Below are positions 1 to 8,906 of a stretch of 32,000 nt of DNA, piece after piece. A model generated the notes under the pieces. The model had not been told where the DNA came from and made no database searches. It saw nothing but the letters and a program-made list of their open reading frames with translations. The stretch is taken from NCBI RefSeq assembly GCF_020885515.1, contig NZ_AP024987.1, positions 600,001 to 632,000 on the forward strand. The letters run 5' to 3'. Every line of letters begins with the position of its first letter. The stretch's first letter is position 1. Made by a program: the position numbers and the translations under genes. Origin of the DNA: a cyanobacterium endosymbiont of Braarudosphaera bigelowii. GTDB taxonomy: Bacteria > Cyanobacteriota > Cyanobacteriia > Cyanobacteriales > Microcystaceae.

Positions 1-863
1 GGAATTTCTCGTAAAGACTTAATAAAACCTGTAATACCAAAATACCATAAGCCTTTAGGTCGTTTAATTCCTTGCCAAATAGAATCTAACCAAGAAGGAA
101 GGGTCTGTTCTGTCCAATCCTCGGTAATTACTTTTCCTTGCACCGAACCTGTCATTTCTAGAAGCTCTGCAAAACCTTCAATACTTGCAAAAGCGGGATG
201 AGACCATTGATCTAGAAGTTGTTTCATGATAGCTGATTCTAAGGAATTTAAAGGTTGCTGTCGATCATCACGCTGATTCCAGTCAGCAACAACTAAGATA
301 CCGTTAGGCTTGAGAACACGAAGTAATTCTTGAGCAAACTTCTTTTTATTAGACATATGAGGACCTGCCTCAATGCACCATACCACATCAAAACTAGCAT
401 CAGGAAAAGACAAATTCATGGCATCATCCACCATAAACTTAGTATTTAGAGCTAAGGGAGTAAGTTCTTGAGCACGTTTTACTTGTTTTGGACTGATAGT
501 AATACCAGTAACATTGAAACCATAATCTTTTGACAAAATACGGCTACTCCCTCCGATACCACAACCTACATCAAGGAGGTCAGATCCAGTCGGTAATTTA
601 TTTAGTTTTCCCCAACAGACCATCTCATGAACAAAATCAGATTTTGCTTTCAAAAAGTCTTTCCTCTCAGGTGGAGAACCATAATACCCTAAATGAATAT
701 GTTCACCCCAATAAAATTCCAATATACCGTCTTCTGTCCATTGGTCATAAGAATAGGCTACTGATTCAGAGGACTGATAAGGACGAGCTGAGAGAAAATA
801 AATTGTGCTAGATATACCTAAAAGTAATAATAATATTCCAATAGTCACATATAGTAAATCCAT
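1..863 (-). CDS. SAM-dependent methyltransferase, Sll0418/VTE3-like MPBQ/MSBQ (2-methyl-6-phytyl/solanesyl-1,4-benzoquinol) methyltransferase; C-terminus lies beyond the window start
   Basis: Missing from the ORF track because the frame runs off the edge. My minus-strand translation from ATG 863..861 gives MDLLYVTIGILLLLLGISSTIYFLSARPYQSSESVAYSYDQWTEDGILEFYWGEHIHLGYYG...LLDVGCGIGGSSRIL...VVADWNQRDDRQQPL...QLLDQWSHPAFASIEGF. This shows an N-terminal TM helix plus a class I SAM-binding GxGxG motif. From memory it closely resembles Synechocystis Sll0418. The + ORF 530..811 is antisense to it. Confidence 0.75.
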   Translation of the reverse strand, partial: MDLLYVTIGILLLLLGISSTIYFLSARPYQSSESVAYSYDQWTEDGILEFYWGEHIHLGYYGSPPERKDFLKAKSDFVHEMVCWGKLNKLPTGSDLLDVGCGIGGSSRILSKDYGFNVTGITISPKQVKRAQELTPLALNTKFMVDDAMNLSFPDASFDVVWCIEAGPHMSNKKKFAQELLRVLKPNGILVVADWNQRDDRQQPLNSLESAIMKQLLDQWSHPAFASIEGFAELLEMTGSVQGKVITEDWTEQTLPSWLDSIWQGIKRPKGLWYFGITGFIKSLREI

Positions 864-1382
864 GATAATTTTAAAATAAAACTCTTAATAATATTAACTT
901 TTTACTAAACTATTATATCGATTCTTTTAACTTTTAATTTTATTTAAAAATAAATACAAGATAGCAATAAAAGACTATTACTTTCATCCTGAAAAAATGT
1001 TTTAATGCTTATTAATCTATTACTTAGATAAGCACTAATGGCAATTATACTATTAATCTAATTAATAATAGTCAATTATTTATTTTTTAACTAGTATTTA
1101 AAAATAAATTGGTAAGTAAACATATTTACTTAAATAAATATATTCGTTTTATATAAATCTTATAATTGACTATGATAACTTGGTTTTTTATAAAAAAATG
1201 TCGTATTATTTAATCATAACATGCTTAAAATTTTTAGATTTTTAACTACTTATTGATTTGGCGAATATAGAAATCAAGTTTTTTCTCACTAAAAAAAATC
1301 AAAACTTTTAATCATTAGAACTGGTAAAAAAACTTATATTTCATGTTAAGTACTCAATTATATTCATAGCTTTTAAAATTAT

Positions 1383-3284
1383 ATGATTTCCCACAATAGT
1401 TTTGATTTTCAGGATGAATTTGATGTCATTGTAATTGGCGCAGGACATTCCGGATGTGAAGCTGCATTAGCAGCATCTCGTTTAGGCTGTAAAACTTTAA
1501 TACTAACCTTAAATCTTGATCGTATTGCTTGGCAACCATGTAATCCTGCAGTAGGAGGACCTGCAAAATCTCAATTGGCTCATGAAGTGGATGCTTTGGG
1601 TGGAGAAATTGGGAAGGTAACTGATTTAACATACTTACAAAAACGGGTTCTTAATGCCTCTAGAGGTCCCGCAGTTTGGGCATTACGCGCTCAAGTTGAC
1701 AAACGTGAATATTCTGCAGTTATGAAGGCAATTATTGAGAATCAAGAAAATCTCAACATTCGTGAAGGTATGGTCACTGATTTAGTATTAGGCCAGAATG
1801 ATGAAATCATGGGAGTTCAGACATATTTTGGTAGTTGTTTTGCTGCAAAAGCAGTTATCTTGGCAACTGGGACTTTTCTCGGAGGACAAATTTGGATTGG
1901 TGGTAAATCTATGGATGCTGGTAGAGCTGGTGAGTTTTCTTCTGTTAAATTGACTAATACTCTTAAACAGTTAGGATTTAAAACAGAAAGGTTGAAGACC
2001 GGAACCCCTGCTAGAATTGATAAACGTTCTGTAGATTACTCTAAATTAGAACCTCAACTTCCTGATCAAGATTTGAAGTGGTTTAGTTTTGATCCCAATT
2101 TTTGGGTAAAAAGACAACAAATGAACTGCTACCTAACTAGAACTATGCCTGAAACACATAAGTTAATAAGAGATAATCTCCATTTATCTCCTATCTATGG
2201 AGGATTTATGAAATCTAAAGGTCCTCGTTATTGTCCATCCATAGAAGATAAAATTATAAGATTTGCAGATAAAAATAGTCATCAAATTTTTATAGAGCCA
2301 GAAGGAAGAGAAACACCAGAATTATATATACAAGGTTTCTCTACTGGTCTACCAGAAAATATTCAATTAGCAATGTTGAAAACTTTACCTGGTTTAGAGA
2401 AATGTATAATGTTACGTCCTGCATATGCTGTAGAGTATGATTTCTTACCAGCCACTCAATGTAGTCCAACTTTAATGACAAAAAGAATCGAGGGCCTCTT
2501 TTGTGCTGGACAAATTAATGGTACGACAGGTTATGAAGAAGCAGCAGCACAAGGGATTGTAGCCGGAATTAATGCTGCAAAATTCATCAACAATGAAGAA
2601 ATGATAATCTTCTCTAGAGAAGAAAGCTATATTGGTACTTTAATTGATGATTTATGTACTAAAGACATAAGAGAACCTTATAGGATGTTAACTTCTAGAT
2701 CTGAATATCGCTTGATACTACGCTCAGATAATGCTGACGAAAGATTAACACCATTAGGAAGAAAAATTGGATTAATTGATGATTATAGATGGCATTTATT
2801 TCAAGGAAAACAAAAAAATATTTTTGAAGAAAAAGAGCGCCTTTCAAAAGTTAGAGTAAAAGAAAAAGATGAAATAGGTATTCGGCTTATTAATGATACT
2901 CAACAAAATATTAAAGGAGCAATTACTTTAGCTGATTTACTACGCCGACCAAAATTTCATTATAAGAATTTAGAACAGTATGGATTAGGAAATGTTGATT
3001 TAACTACTGGAGAAAAAGAAGGAGTAGAGATTGATATTAAATATTCTGGTTATTTGAAACGTCAACAAAATCAACTTGAACAAGTTAAACGCTATACGAA
3101 CCGTAGTTTGCCTATAGATATTGATTATATGAATATTGAAACTTTATCAATGGAGGCAAGAGAGAAGTTGACTAAAGTATCTCCACTAACTATTGGTCAA
3201 GCATCTCGCATTGCTGGGGTTAATCCTGCAGATATTAATGCATTGTTAATATATCTAGAGATAAGGTCGCGCCAGAATATTTAA
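1383..3284 (+). CDS. mnmG: tRNA uridine-5-carboxymethylaminomethyl(34) synthesis enzyme MnmG (GidA)
   Basis: 633 aa. N-terminal FAD motif [16 protein letters not shown], then [18 protein letters not shown] and [16 protein letters not shown], all typical of the MnmG/GidA family and at its usual length. Confidence 0.95.
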   Translation: MISHNSFDFQDEFDVIVIGAGHSGCEAALAASRLGCKTLILTLNLDRIAWQPCNPAVGGPAKSQLAHEVDALGGEIGKVTDLTYLQKRVLNASRGPAVWALRAQVDKREYSAVMKAIIENQENLNIREGMVTDLVLGQNDEIMGVQTYFGSCFAAKAVILATGTFLGGQIWIGGKSMDAGRAGEFSSVKLTNTLKQLGFKTERLKTGTPARIDKRSVDYSKLEPQLPDQDLKWFSFDPNFWVKRQQMNCYLTRTMPETHKLIRDNLHLSPIYGGFMKSKGPRYCPSIEDKIIRFADKNSHQIFIEPEGRETPELYIQGFSTGLPENIQLAMLKTLPGLEKCIMLRPAYAVEYDFLPATQCSPTLMTKRIEGLFCAGQINGTTGYEEAAAQGIVAGINAAKFINNEEMIIFSREESYIGTLIDDLCTKDIREPYRMLTSRSEYRLILRSDNADERLTPLGRKIGLIDDYRWHLFQGKQKNIFEEKERLSKVRVKEKDEIGIRLINDTQQNIKGAITLADLLRRPKFHYKNLEQYGLGNVDLTTGEKEGVEIDIKYSGYLKRQQNQLEQVKRYTNRSLPIDIDYMNIETLSMEAREKLTKVSPLTIGQASRIAGVNPADINALLIYLEIRSRQNI

Positions 3285-3340
3285 TATCTATATTAAAAGA
3301 GAATAGAATTTACCTTTAACCAAATTCTTTCAACTAACTA

Positions 3341-4894
3341 TTAGTTACCTCCAGTACCTAACAAGAAAAGACTCAAAAGAGTTCCTGTATTCCAGAGACT
3401 ATGCATTAATATTGATGACAAAAGATTACGTGAACGTGTGTAAACAACACCTAAAATGATTCCTAAAGTTGTTAATGGTAGAATTTCAGAAATATTAAGA
3501 TGTGCAGCAGCAAAGACTAAACTACTGACTCCAATTGCGGCCCATGGAGAAATATAACGAGTCAGAGAAGGTAATAAAAAACCCCGAAAAATTATCTCTT
3601 CATACAAAGGTGCGGCAATTGCTGCAGTTAGATAAAAAATTGCTAGAGCAACTAAATCTTGGTTTTCCAGAACTAGGGAAAGTAAAGGATTACTTCCTCC
3701 TTGCCCACCCCAAAAGTTATCATTAAGCAATGAAACAATAAGGACTAAAGGTAAGGCAGCTAAGTATCCACCAACTCCCCATGTAATCCAATGACTAAAA
3801 ATTTTAAAATTAAATAATTTTTGAGGTAAAGGAAAGAAAGGTTTTATTGACAAATAAAGCACCAGAATTCCCACTATAGCCATAGTGAGGTAACTGCTTA
3901 AAATATAAATAGCTTTACCTCTAAGACTCAAGTTAATTAAATCAATGCTTAGAAAGGTAAATAAAGTAGGCAAGATAATTTGACCAAAAAAGAAAAATCC
4001 TATGATTAAGACTTTCCAAGGGACTTCAATCGTCCAGGGTATTTCCCATCTATAATTGCCATCTATATTCAAAATTGCAGAATCTTTTCTTAAAATTAAT
4101 TGAATAAAAGATAAGATGATAATTGCTACACCTATAACACCTCCTAAGCTTGGAACCGTAGTAAGAAAAGCTAATTTTAAAATTGCTGCTCGTGAATCTT
4201 TTTCACATTTTGCTTGCAAAATTTGTAAATCTTTCTGCCGATCTTCTATCTTATAAAGTCTTTTTAAAGAATAATTGCGAAACCAGCCATTTAAATTTTC
4301 TTTTATGATGGATTCTGCATCAACTGACTTTATAAAACTATCACTCCACAAATTAATCAAAGTATTAGATATTTGGTCTGAAGAAGGTGAAGGTAGTAAA
4401 AATTGATTATTTTCCCAAATATCTAATGCTCGCTTTGTGTTTCCTTGCGTAATTTCTAATAACCCTATTTTAAGATTTAACTTATGAAGTATTCTTTTCT
4501 GTTTATTGATGTCAGTTAATATTTTTTTTCCATTACTAGATATTTTTAAAGAATCTAAATAAGATTCTTTTTCTATTGTTTTAATTGTATTATTGTCAAC
4601 AATATTTAGTTCAGCACTTAATTTATTAGATAAAATATCATGTACTTCTTTATACTTTTCAAGAGCATTTACATATGGCTGTTGTCCTGATATATATTTA
4701 TTAATATTATTAAATTTTTGATGGTCACTATCAAAAATCTGAGAAGATTTAAGGATTAAATTCGTTTGATAAAGTTGAAAGTTAGATTGAGATTGCGGTT
4801 GATGAACACTATCTACTAATGATAAAAATACTGGAATTAATGAAACTATTGTTATTATGGCTAATAATATTTTTTTCATTTTCATAAATTTCAT
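3341..4894 (-). CDS. CPBP-family (CAAX/Abi-type) intramembrane glutamic endopeptidase with a long N-terminal non-catalytic domain
   Basis: 517 aa. N-terminal TM/signal anchor, a soluble region of about 210 aa, then a polytopic C-terminal half. All three CPBP motifs are present: EEIIFRGF (EExxxR), VFAAAH (FxxxH) and HSLWN (HxxxN). Confidence 0.8.
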   Translation of the reverse strand: MKFMKMKKILLAIITIVSLIPVFLSLVDSVHQPQSQSNFQLYQTNLILKSSQIFDSDHQKFNNINKYISGQQPYVNALEKYKEVHDILSNKLSAELNIVDNNTIKTIEKESYLDSLKISSNGKKILTDINKQKRILHKLNLKIGLLEITQGNTKRALDIWENNQFLLPSPSSDQISNTLINLWSDSFIKSVDAESIIKENLNGWFRNYSLKRLYKIEDRQKDLQILQAKCEKDSRAAILKLAFLTTVPSLGGVIGVAIIILSFIQLILRKDSAILNIDGNYRWEIPWTIEVPWKVLIIGFFFFGQIILPTLFTFLSIDLINLSLRGKAIYILSSYLTMAIVGILVLYLSIKPFFPLPQKLFNFKIFSHWITWGVGGYLAALPLVLIVSLLNDNFWGGQGGSNPLLSLVLENQDLVALAIFYLTAAIAAPLYEEIIFRGFLLPSLTRYISPWAAIGVSSLVFAAAHLNISEILPLTTLGIILGVVYTRSRNLLSSILMHSLWNTGTLLSLFLLGTGGN

Positions 4895-4910
4895 CTAAAT
4901 ATATTGATAC

Positions 4911-6458
4911 TTATTTCCTTTTGGTTGAAATAAGAATAAATCCTGAAGCTTCTCCTAGCATCTTAGCATCAATTAACTTGAAATCTAGGGCTTTTGTATT
5001 CTCTAATAAAAGATAGGATGAGTTTGATGCAAGTATATCTAACTCTTTTTTATTTTGAGATATTACTTGACGCTCACTATAAAAATCTAAGCTAGGACGG
5101 CTATAAGCAAATGAAGTATAGATAACAGTATCAGGTGGTGTAGTCTCTCTGATTAATTTGGCTACTGACTTTACAGGAAATGATTCATTTAATTCCCATA
5201 GCCAAGTGTTAGAAATCATTAGTAAAGTTAAACTTAAATACAATCCTATTATAAGAATGATAATAAAGCCAGATAACTTTTTATATAATTTTTGATTAGT
5301 CCAAAAAAAAGTTATAAAAAATATAAAAAATATAAATTGAAAAATAAATTCTTGTGGGTCTTTAAATATATATACTCCTAGTCCTAATATTAAGTAAGTT
5401 AATACAGACATACTAAATACTAATATTGTAGAGCGATTCTCAGGATATAAATATAAATGAGATAAATTATATCCGATACTTAGAGCAAAAAAAGGATAAA
5501 TTGGCATTATGTACCAAGGCAACTTAGTACCCATAATGGTAATTATAAATAAAAATAAAAAAAATCCTGTTGCTATTAATTGACTTAGATTCTTTTCATG
5601 TTTATTCCAAGCAATAATTAAACCACCAGGAAAAAATATCAACCAAGGGAAACTGTACTTTATTAGCTCAAGTATATAGTACCAAATTCCTCCTTTATTA
5701 CCTTCAACAGCAGTTGATAAACGATCAAAATTTTGCTGAAAAAAATGAACTTCAATAAACTTTTCTCCATAGAAGTCAATCTGTAAATAGTACCAAATAA
5801 CAACTGGACAAAAGCCTATTAATAAACTTATCCAAAGTAAATTATTTTTAAAGAATTCATTATGATCGTTCAAAATCATATAGATTCCCAAAATTCCTCC
5901 TAAAGCGATCGCTAAAATACCTTTACTTAATGCAATCATCCCCAGGCTTATACCAAAGCCTAATATCCACAATGGTTGCTTTTTTGATTTTAATAAACAT
6001 AGTACACACAAAATTAAAAAAGTATTAACCATCCCATCTATCATTGCCAAGCGTCCATGTCGTAAAACAGGTAGCAAAGTTAAATAGACTAAACTACTAA
6101 AAATTGCTGGGAGTTGAGTGTAAAATATATTTCTACCAACTAAGTAAAGCAAAGGGACGCCAGTCGCGGTTAATAAAGCGCAAGGAAGACGAGTAGTAAA
6201 TTCATTAATACCACCTAAATGATAAGAAAAATTAATTAACCAAATAATTAAAGGAGGTTTTAGTAAAAAAGGTTGGTTATAGTATCTAAGATGAAGCCAA
6301 TCGCCAGACTGAAACATACTTCTAGCAACTGTAGCGTAATATCCTTCGTCCCAATCTCTAAGTGGTAAATCTCCTAATCTAATCAACCAAATAAATAAAG
6401 CTAATATTAGTAAAAGTAAAAACCATGAAATATCATTTTTAATATTTAGCCTAATCAT
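4911..6458 (-). CDS. GT-C fold glycosyltransferase, family 39 / ArnT-PMT_2-like polytopic membrane protein
   Basis: 515 aa with many TM helices. The first-loop signature LRDWDEGYYATVARSMFQSGDW...LLKPPLIIW is typical of ArnT/PMT-like glycosyltransferases, and there is a soluble tail of about 90 aa. The start overlaps the stop of the upstream gene by 8 nt (6451..6458). A HIP1 octamer lies at 5905..5912. Confidence 0.8.
   Translation of the reverse strand: MIRLNIKNDISWFLLLLILALFIWLIRLGDLPLRDWDEGYYATVARSMFQSGDWLHLRYYNQPFLLKPPLIIWLINFSYHLGGINEFTTRLPCALLTATGVPLLYLVGRNIFYTQLPAIFSSLVYLTLLPVLRHGRLAMIDGMVNTFLILCVLCLLKSKKQPLWILGFGISLGMIALSKGILAIALGGILGIYMILNDHNEFFKNNLLWISLLIGFCPVVIWYYLQIDFYGEKFIEVHFFQQNFDRLSTAVEGNKGGIWYYILELIKYSFPWLIFFPGGLIIAWNKHEKNLSQLIATGFFLFLFIITIMGTKLPWYIMPIYPFFALSIGYNLSHLYLYPENRSTILVFSMSVLTYLILGLGVYIFKDPQEFIFQFIFFIFFITFFWTNQKLYKKLSGFIIILIIGLYLSLTLLMISNTWLWELNESFPVKSVAKLIRETTPPDTVIYTSFAYSRPSLDFYSERQVISQNKKELDILASNSSYLLLENTKALDFKLIDAKMLGEASGFILISTKRK
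5905..5912. repeat. HIP1 octamer GCGATCGC (cyanobacterial highly iterated palindrome), copy 1
   Basis: Exact GCGATCGC inside the GT39 gene, within aagcgatcgctaa. Confidence 0.7.
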
Positions 6459-7998
6459 TTTTATGTGACTTTACTAAGTAAATATAATACTTTTCATTAT
6501 AGATGAAAGATTTCGTAAATTTTTTTAGTAATACAATATCCAAATCCACAGAATATTCTATTAGGCTGTGGTTTAGGATAAGTAAAACGTTTTCATTTTT
6601 ATTCTTACCAACAAAATATTTTTCTATTTCACCTATAATTTCTAAATCATTAGTAGCTTGACGAGAATTATTAAATAATACATAACTACCCATTTTCTTT
6701 GTTTCAGGATAGTAGATTTTTTTATTGAGATATCCACTTATAGGAGCAATAGTAAAATCTTCACTACCAAAAATATGATAATTATCTAGATTATTTTGTT
6801 GAATAAAATTTGCCGTCATTTTACTACTAGAATATGGAATAGATAAATCCCTACTAAAAGCAACCATACCTGCTATTACTTGTAACCATAATATTATTCC
6901 TATGAGGTATTTCCTATATGAAGTAAGAATTTCTATAGTCTTGGAAAAGATATGCAAAAAACGAAAAGAAATATTTTCTAAATATTTTTTATATAATTTT
7001 TCATCGTCATAATTATTTTCTATCCATAAAGAACTTATAAGAATAATATATAAATGTCCATAATGTCTTTGGGATCCTAGGAACTTGATATAAGTAAAAA
7101 TAATAATTTCTAAACTTCCTATTAAAAAGAAACAAAGTGCTACTGGTTTTTTAATGAATGATAATAGAATACAGCCGAATAAACTAATAGATAGAAAAGA
7201 GAAAAAGATTAGGTCTAATATTTTTGAATCGCTTGGAATAATCACCATAACATAGCTACGCCATATTCTATTAACGGTCTGAAGTAAACGATTTATATCG
7301 AAATTAAGAAACCATTGATTGGCACCACCTTGTAATGTACTATCTACAGGAGGTAATAAGGTAAAGACTGAAATACTTACTCCTATTATTAATATTATTA
7401 ATGATAAAAAAATATGATTTTTTTTAATTTCTACTTTATAGCCTAAATGTTTTTTAAAGTAATACTCAAAAATTAATGTAATACTTAAAGCTATAGATAT
7501 TAATAAACAATAAGCATTTGTATTAGCCATAAAAGCCAAGATGAAGGCTAAAATAATATAGTTCTTATATTTATTGTGGAAGTATGTACAAAATAGAAAA
7601 ATCGATAGAATTCCAAAAGCATAATTACGACTAATTAAAGAATATTCATATAAAGGGAAATAACCAAAACTGAATAATATTTTTTGTAATGCATTAAAAG
7701 GAGAATAAATGATAAAAATAGATATTGTAGCAACAGATATTAGCCAATGAACAATTTGCATTATTATTGGGTTTGCTGTGATCTTGTTTAAAAACCATAA
7801 TAAGAAATACCACAATAAAGGATGTCCTTCATATTTAACACTTTCAAAAAAATCAAAGAAAGAAGAGCTGTCTCTTGCAATTAACCAACCATTTAATTCA
7901 TCACGCCACATAGCATGATTCAAAATTCCAATGAGTGTGATGAAGGAAAAAGTTATTATTAAAACTATTTCAATTTTTTTGTTTTGTTTTAGAGACAT
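6451..7998 (-). CDS. Uncharacterised polytopic membrane protein, divergent GT-C-like putative glycosyltransferase
   Basis: 515 aa with at least 10 predicted hydrophobic helices. The first loop, MWRDELNGWLIARDS...YEGHPLLWYFLLW, mirrors the DE...KPPLxxW layout of the adjacent GT39 protein. The soluble C-terminal domain is about 130 aa. The coding call is firm. The function is inferred from architecture only. Confidence 0.5.
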   Translation of the reverse strand: MSLKQNKKIEIVLIITFSFITLIGILNHAMWRDELNGWLIARDSSSFFDFFESVKYEGHPLLWYFLLWFLNKITANPIIMQIVHWLISVATISIFIIYSPFNALQKILFSFGYFPLYEYSLISRNYAFGILSIFLFCTYFHNKYKNYIILAFILAFMANTNAYCLLISIALSITLIFEYYFKKHLGYKVEIKKNHIFLSLIILIIGVSISVFTLLPPVDSTLQGGANQWFLNFDINRLLQTVNRIWRSYVMVIIPSDSKILDLIFFSFLSISLFGCILLSFIKKPVALCFFLIGSLEIIIFTYIKFLGSQRHYGHLYIILISSLWIENNYDDEKLYKKYLENISFRFLHIFSKTIEILTSYRKYLIGIILWLQVIAGMVAFSRDLSIPYSSSKMTANFIQQNNLDNYHIFGSEDFTIAPISGYLNKKIYYPETKKMGSYVLFNNSRQATNDLEIIGEIEKYFVGKNKNENVLLILNHSLIEYSVDLDIVLLKKFTKSFIYNEKYYIYLVKSHKND

Positions 7999-8140
7999 AA
8001 ATTATTAGTTAAGATGATTTAAAAAATATTAGTAAAAAAAAATTGAACATTTATAATCTTTCCATTAAAATAACCAGTTATTCGCATCATTTTAGTTTGT
8101 TATAAAAACAATAATTGTTGCTTTGATAGAAAGAATATAA

Positions 8141-8187
8141 AATATGATAGTTAATTTATTTTGTTAGAGATAATTAACTATCATATT
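8141..8187. repeat. 16-bp perfect inverted repeat (hairpin) with a 15-nt loop inside a 908-bp ORF-free spacer
   Basis: aatatgatagttaatt (8141..8156) pairs perfectly with aattaactatcatatt (8172..8187). The loop is tattttgttagagat. Confidence 0.6.
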
Positions 8188-8906
8188 AAAAGTATTAGTC
8201 AGCATTTAAGTATTCTTCTCGCTACTGTCACATATTACAGTCTTTAGTCAAAAATAAGAATTATTACTAGCGTAAAATAAAACCAATTTAGCAATAATCA
8301 ACTTTATAAATTAGTAGATATATATCAATATCTGAAAGTTGATGTAATCTCTTTTCATGATGAAAAAAAATCCTTTAAATTTATGAAAAGGTACAGTTAT
8401 CAATTTTTTCGAAAATACTAGACCATACTTTGATGCAAACAGTATATTTTTATTTGACTATTCTAATAAGAGAGAAAATTTATTAAGACTACATAGAGAT
8501 TAATTAATTTTTAAGATTGTACTCCATAATTTTTCGTAATGCCAGTTAAGATATTACTGCATGACTTGTTAGTAACAAGTTAAGCGGATGTTTAGAAAAT
8601 TTATCAGATTCATAAAAATCTTGGATAATTGTACTTAATAAAACAAAAATATTTTTTTATAACCGTACATCATTAGCTTAATCAATTATTGGGTAGCTAA
8701 CTTATCAAATAAAATTTTGGTAGAAATATTTTCATGAAAAAAGAGATATAAATTAATTCTTTGCTACCCATTCAGGACAAAAACCGCCATAATAAAAAAG
8801 TCATGAAATAATTATGAAATAATTCCTTTTTACTGTCAGATTAAAAACAGTGAGGGATTTAAATATATTACTTCTGGCTATTAAAAATATTTATTAATCT
8901 CTTTGT

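Noticed and set aside
530-811. 93-aa + strand ORF from the track
   Set aside because: It lies entirely antisense to the well-supported Sll0418-like methyltransferase gene (1..863, minus). The sequence is low-complexity with no motifs.
1116-1129. Second NtcA-like core GTA-N8-TAC (aGTAaacatattTACt), with TATAAA 22 nt downstream, upstream of mnmG
   Set aside because: Only the 6-nt core matches and the flanking T/A of TGTA/TACA are absent. About 10 such cores are expected by chance per 32 kb at this composition.
864-1382. Possible replication origin, suggested by the AT-rich 519-bp spacer next to mnmG/gidA
   Set aside because: I found no DnaA-box-like sequence (TTATCCACA/TTTTCCACA or the complement; no ccaca/tgtgg at all) in the spacer. 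Cyanobacterial origins are usually near dnaN rather than gidA. AT-richness here matches every other spacer in the window.
1426-1632. 68-aa minus-strand ORF, plus the similar antisense ORFs 3535..3726(+), 10211..10393(-), 12313..12600(-), 13514..13738(-), 14660..14902(+), 16274..16471(+), 17321..17506(+), 21867..22094(+) and 24081..24359(-)
   Set aside because: Each lies wholly or mostly (14660..14902 runs 61 nt past the sds start) inside, and antisense to, a strongly supported conserved gene and shows no recognisable domain. They are typical shadow ORFs of biased codon usage.
8803-8824. Tandem duplication atgaaataatt x2 upstream of the PBP gene
   Set aside because: It has only two copies of an AT-rich 11-mer, most simply explained by replication slippage. 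It is mentioned within the spacer finding but does not stand on its own.
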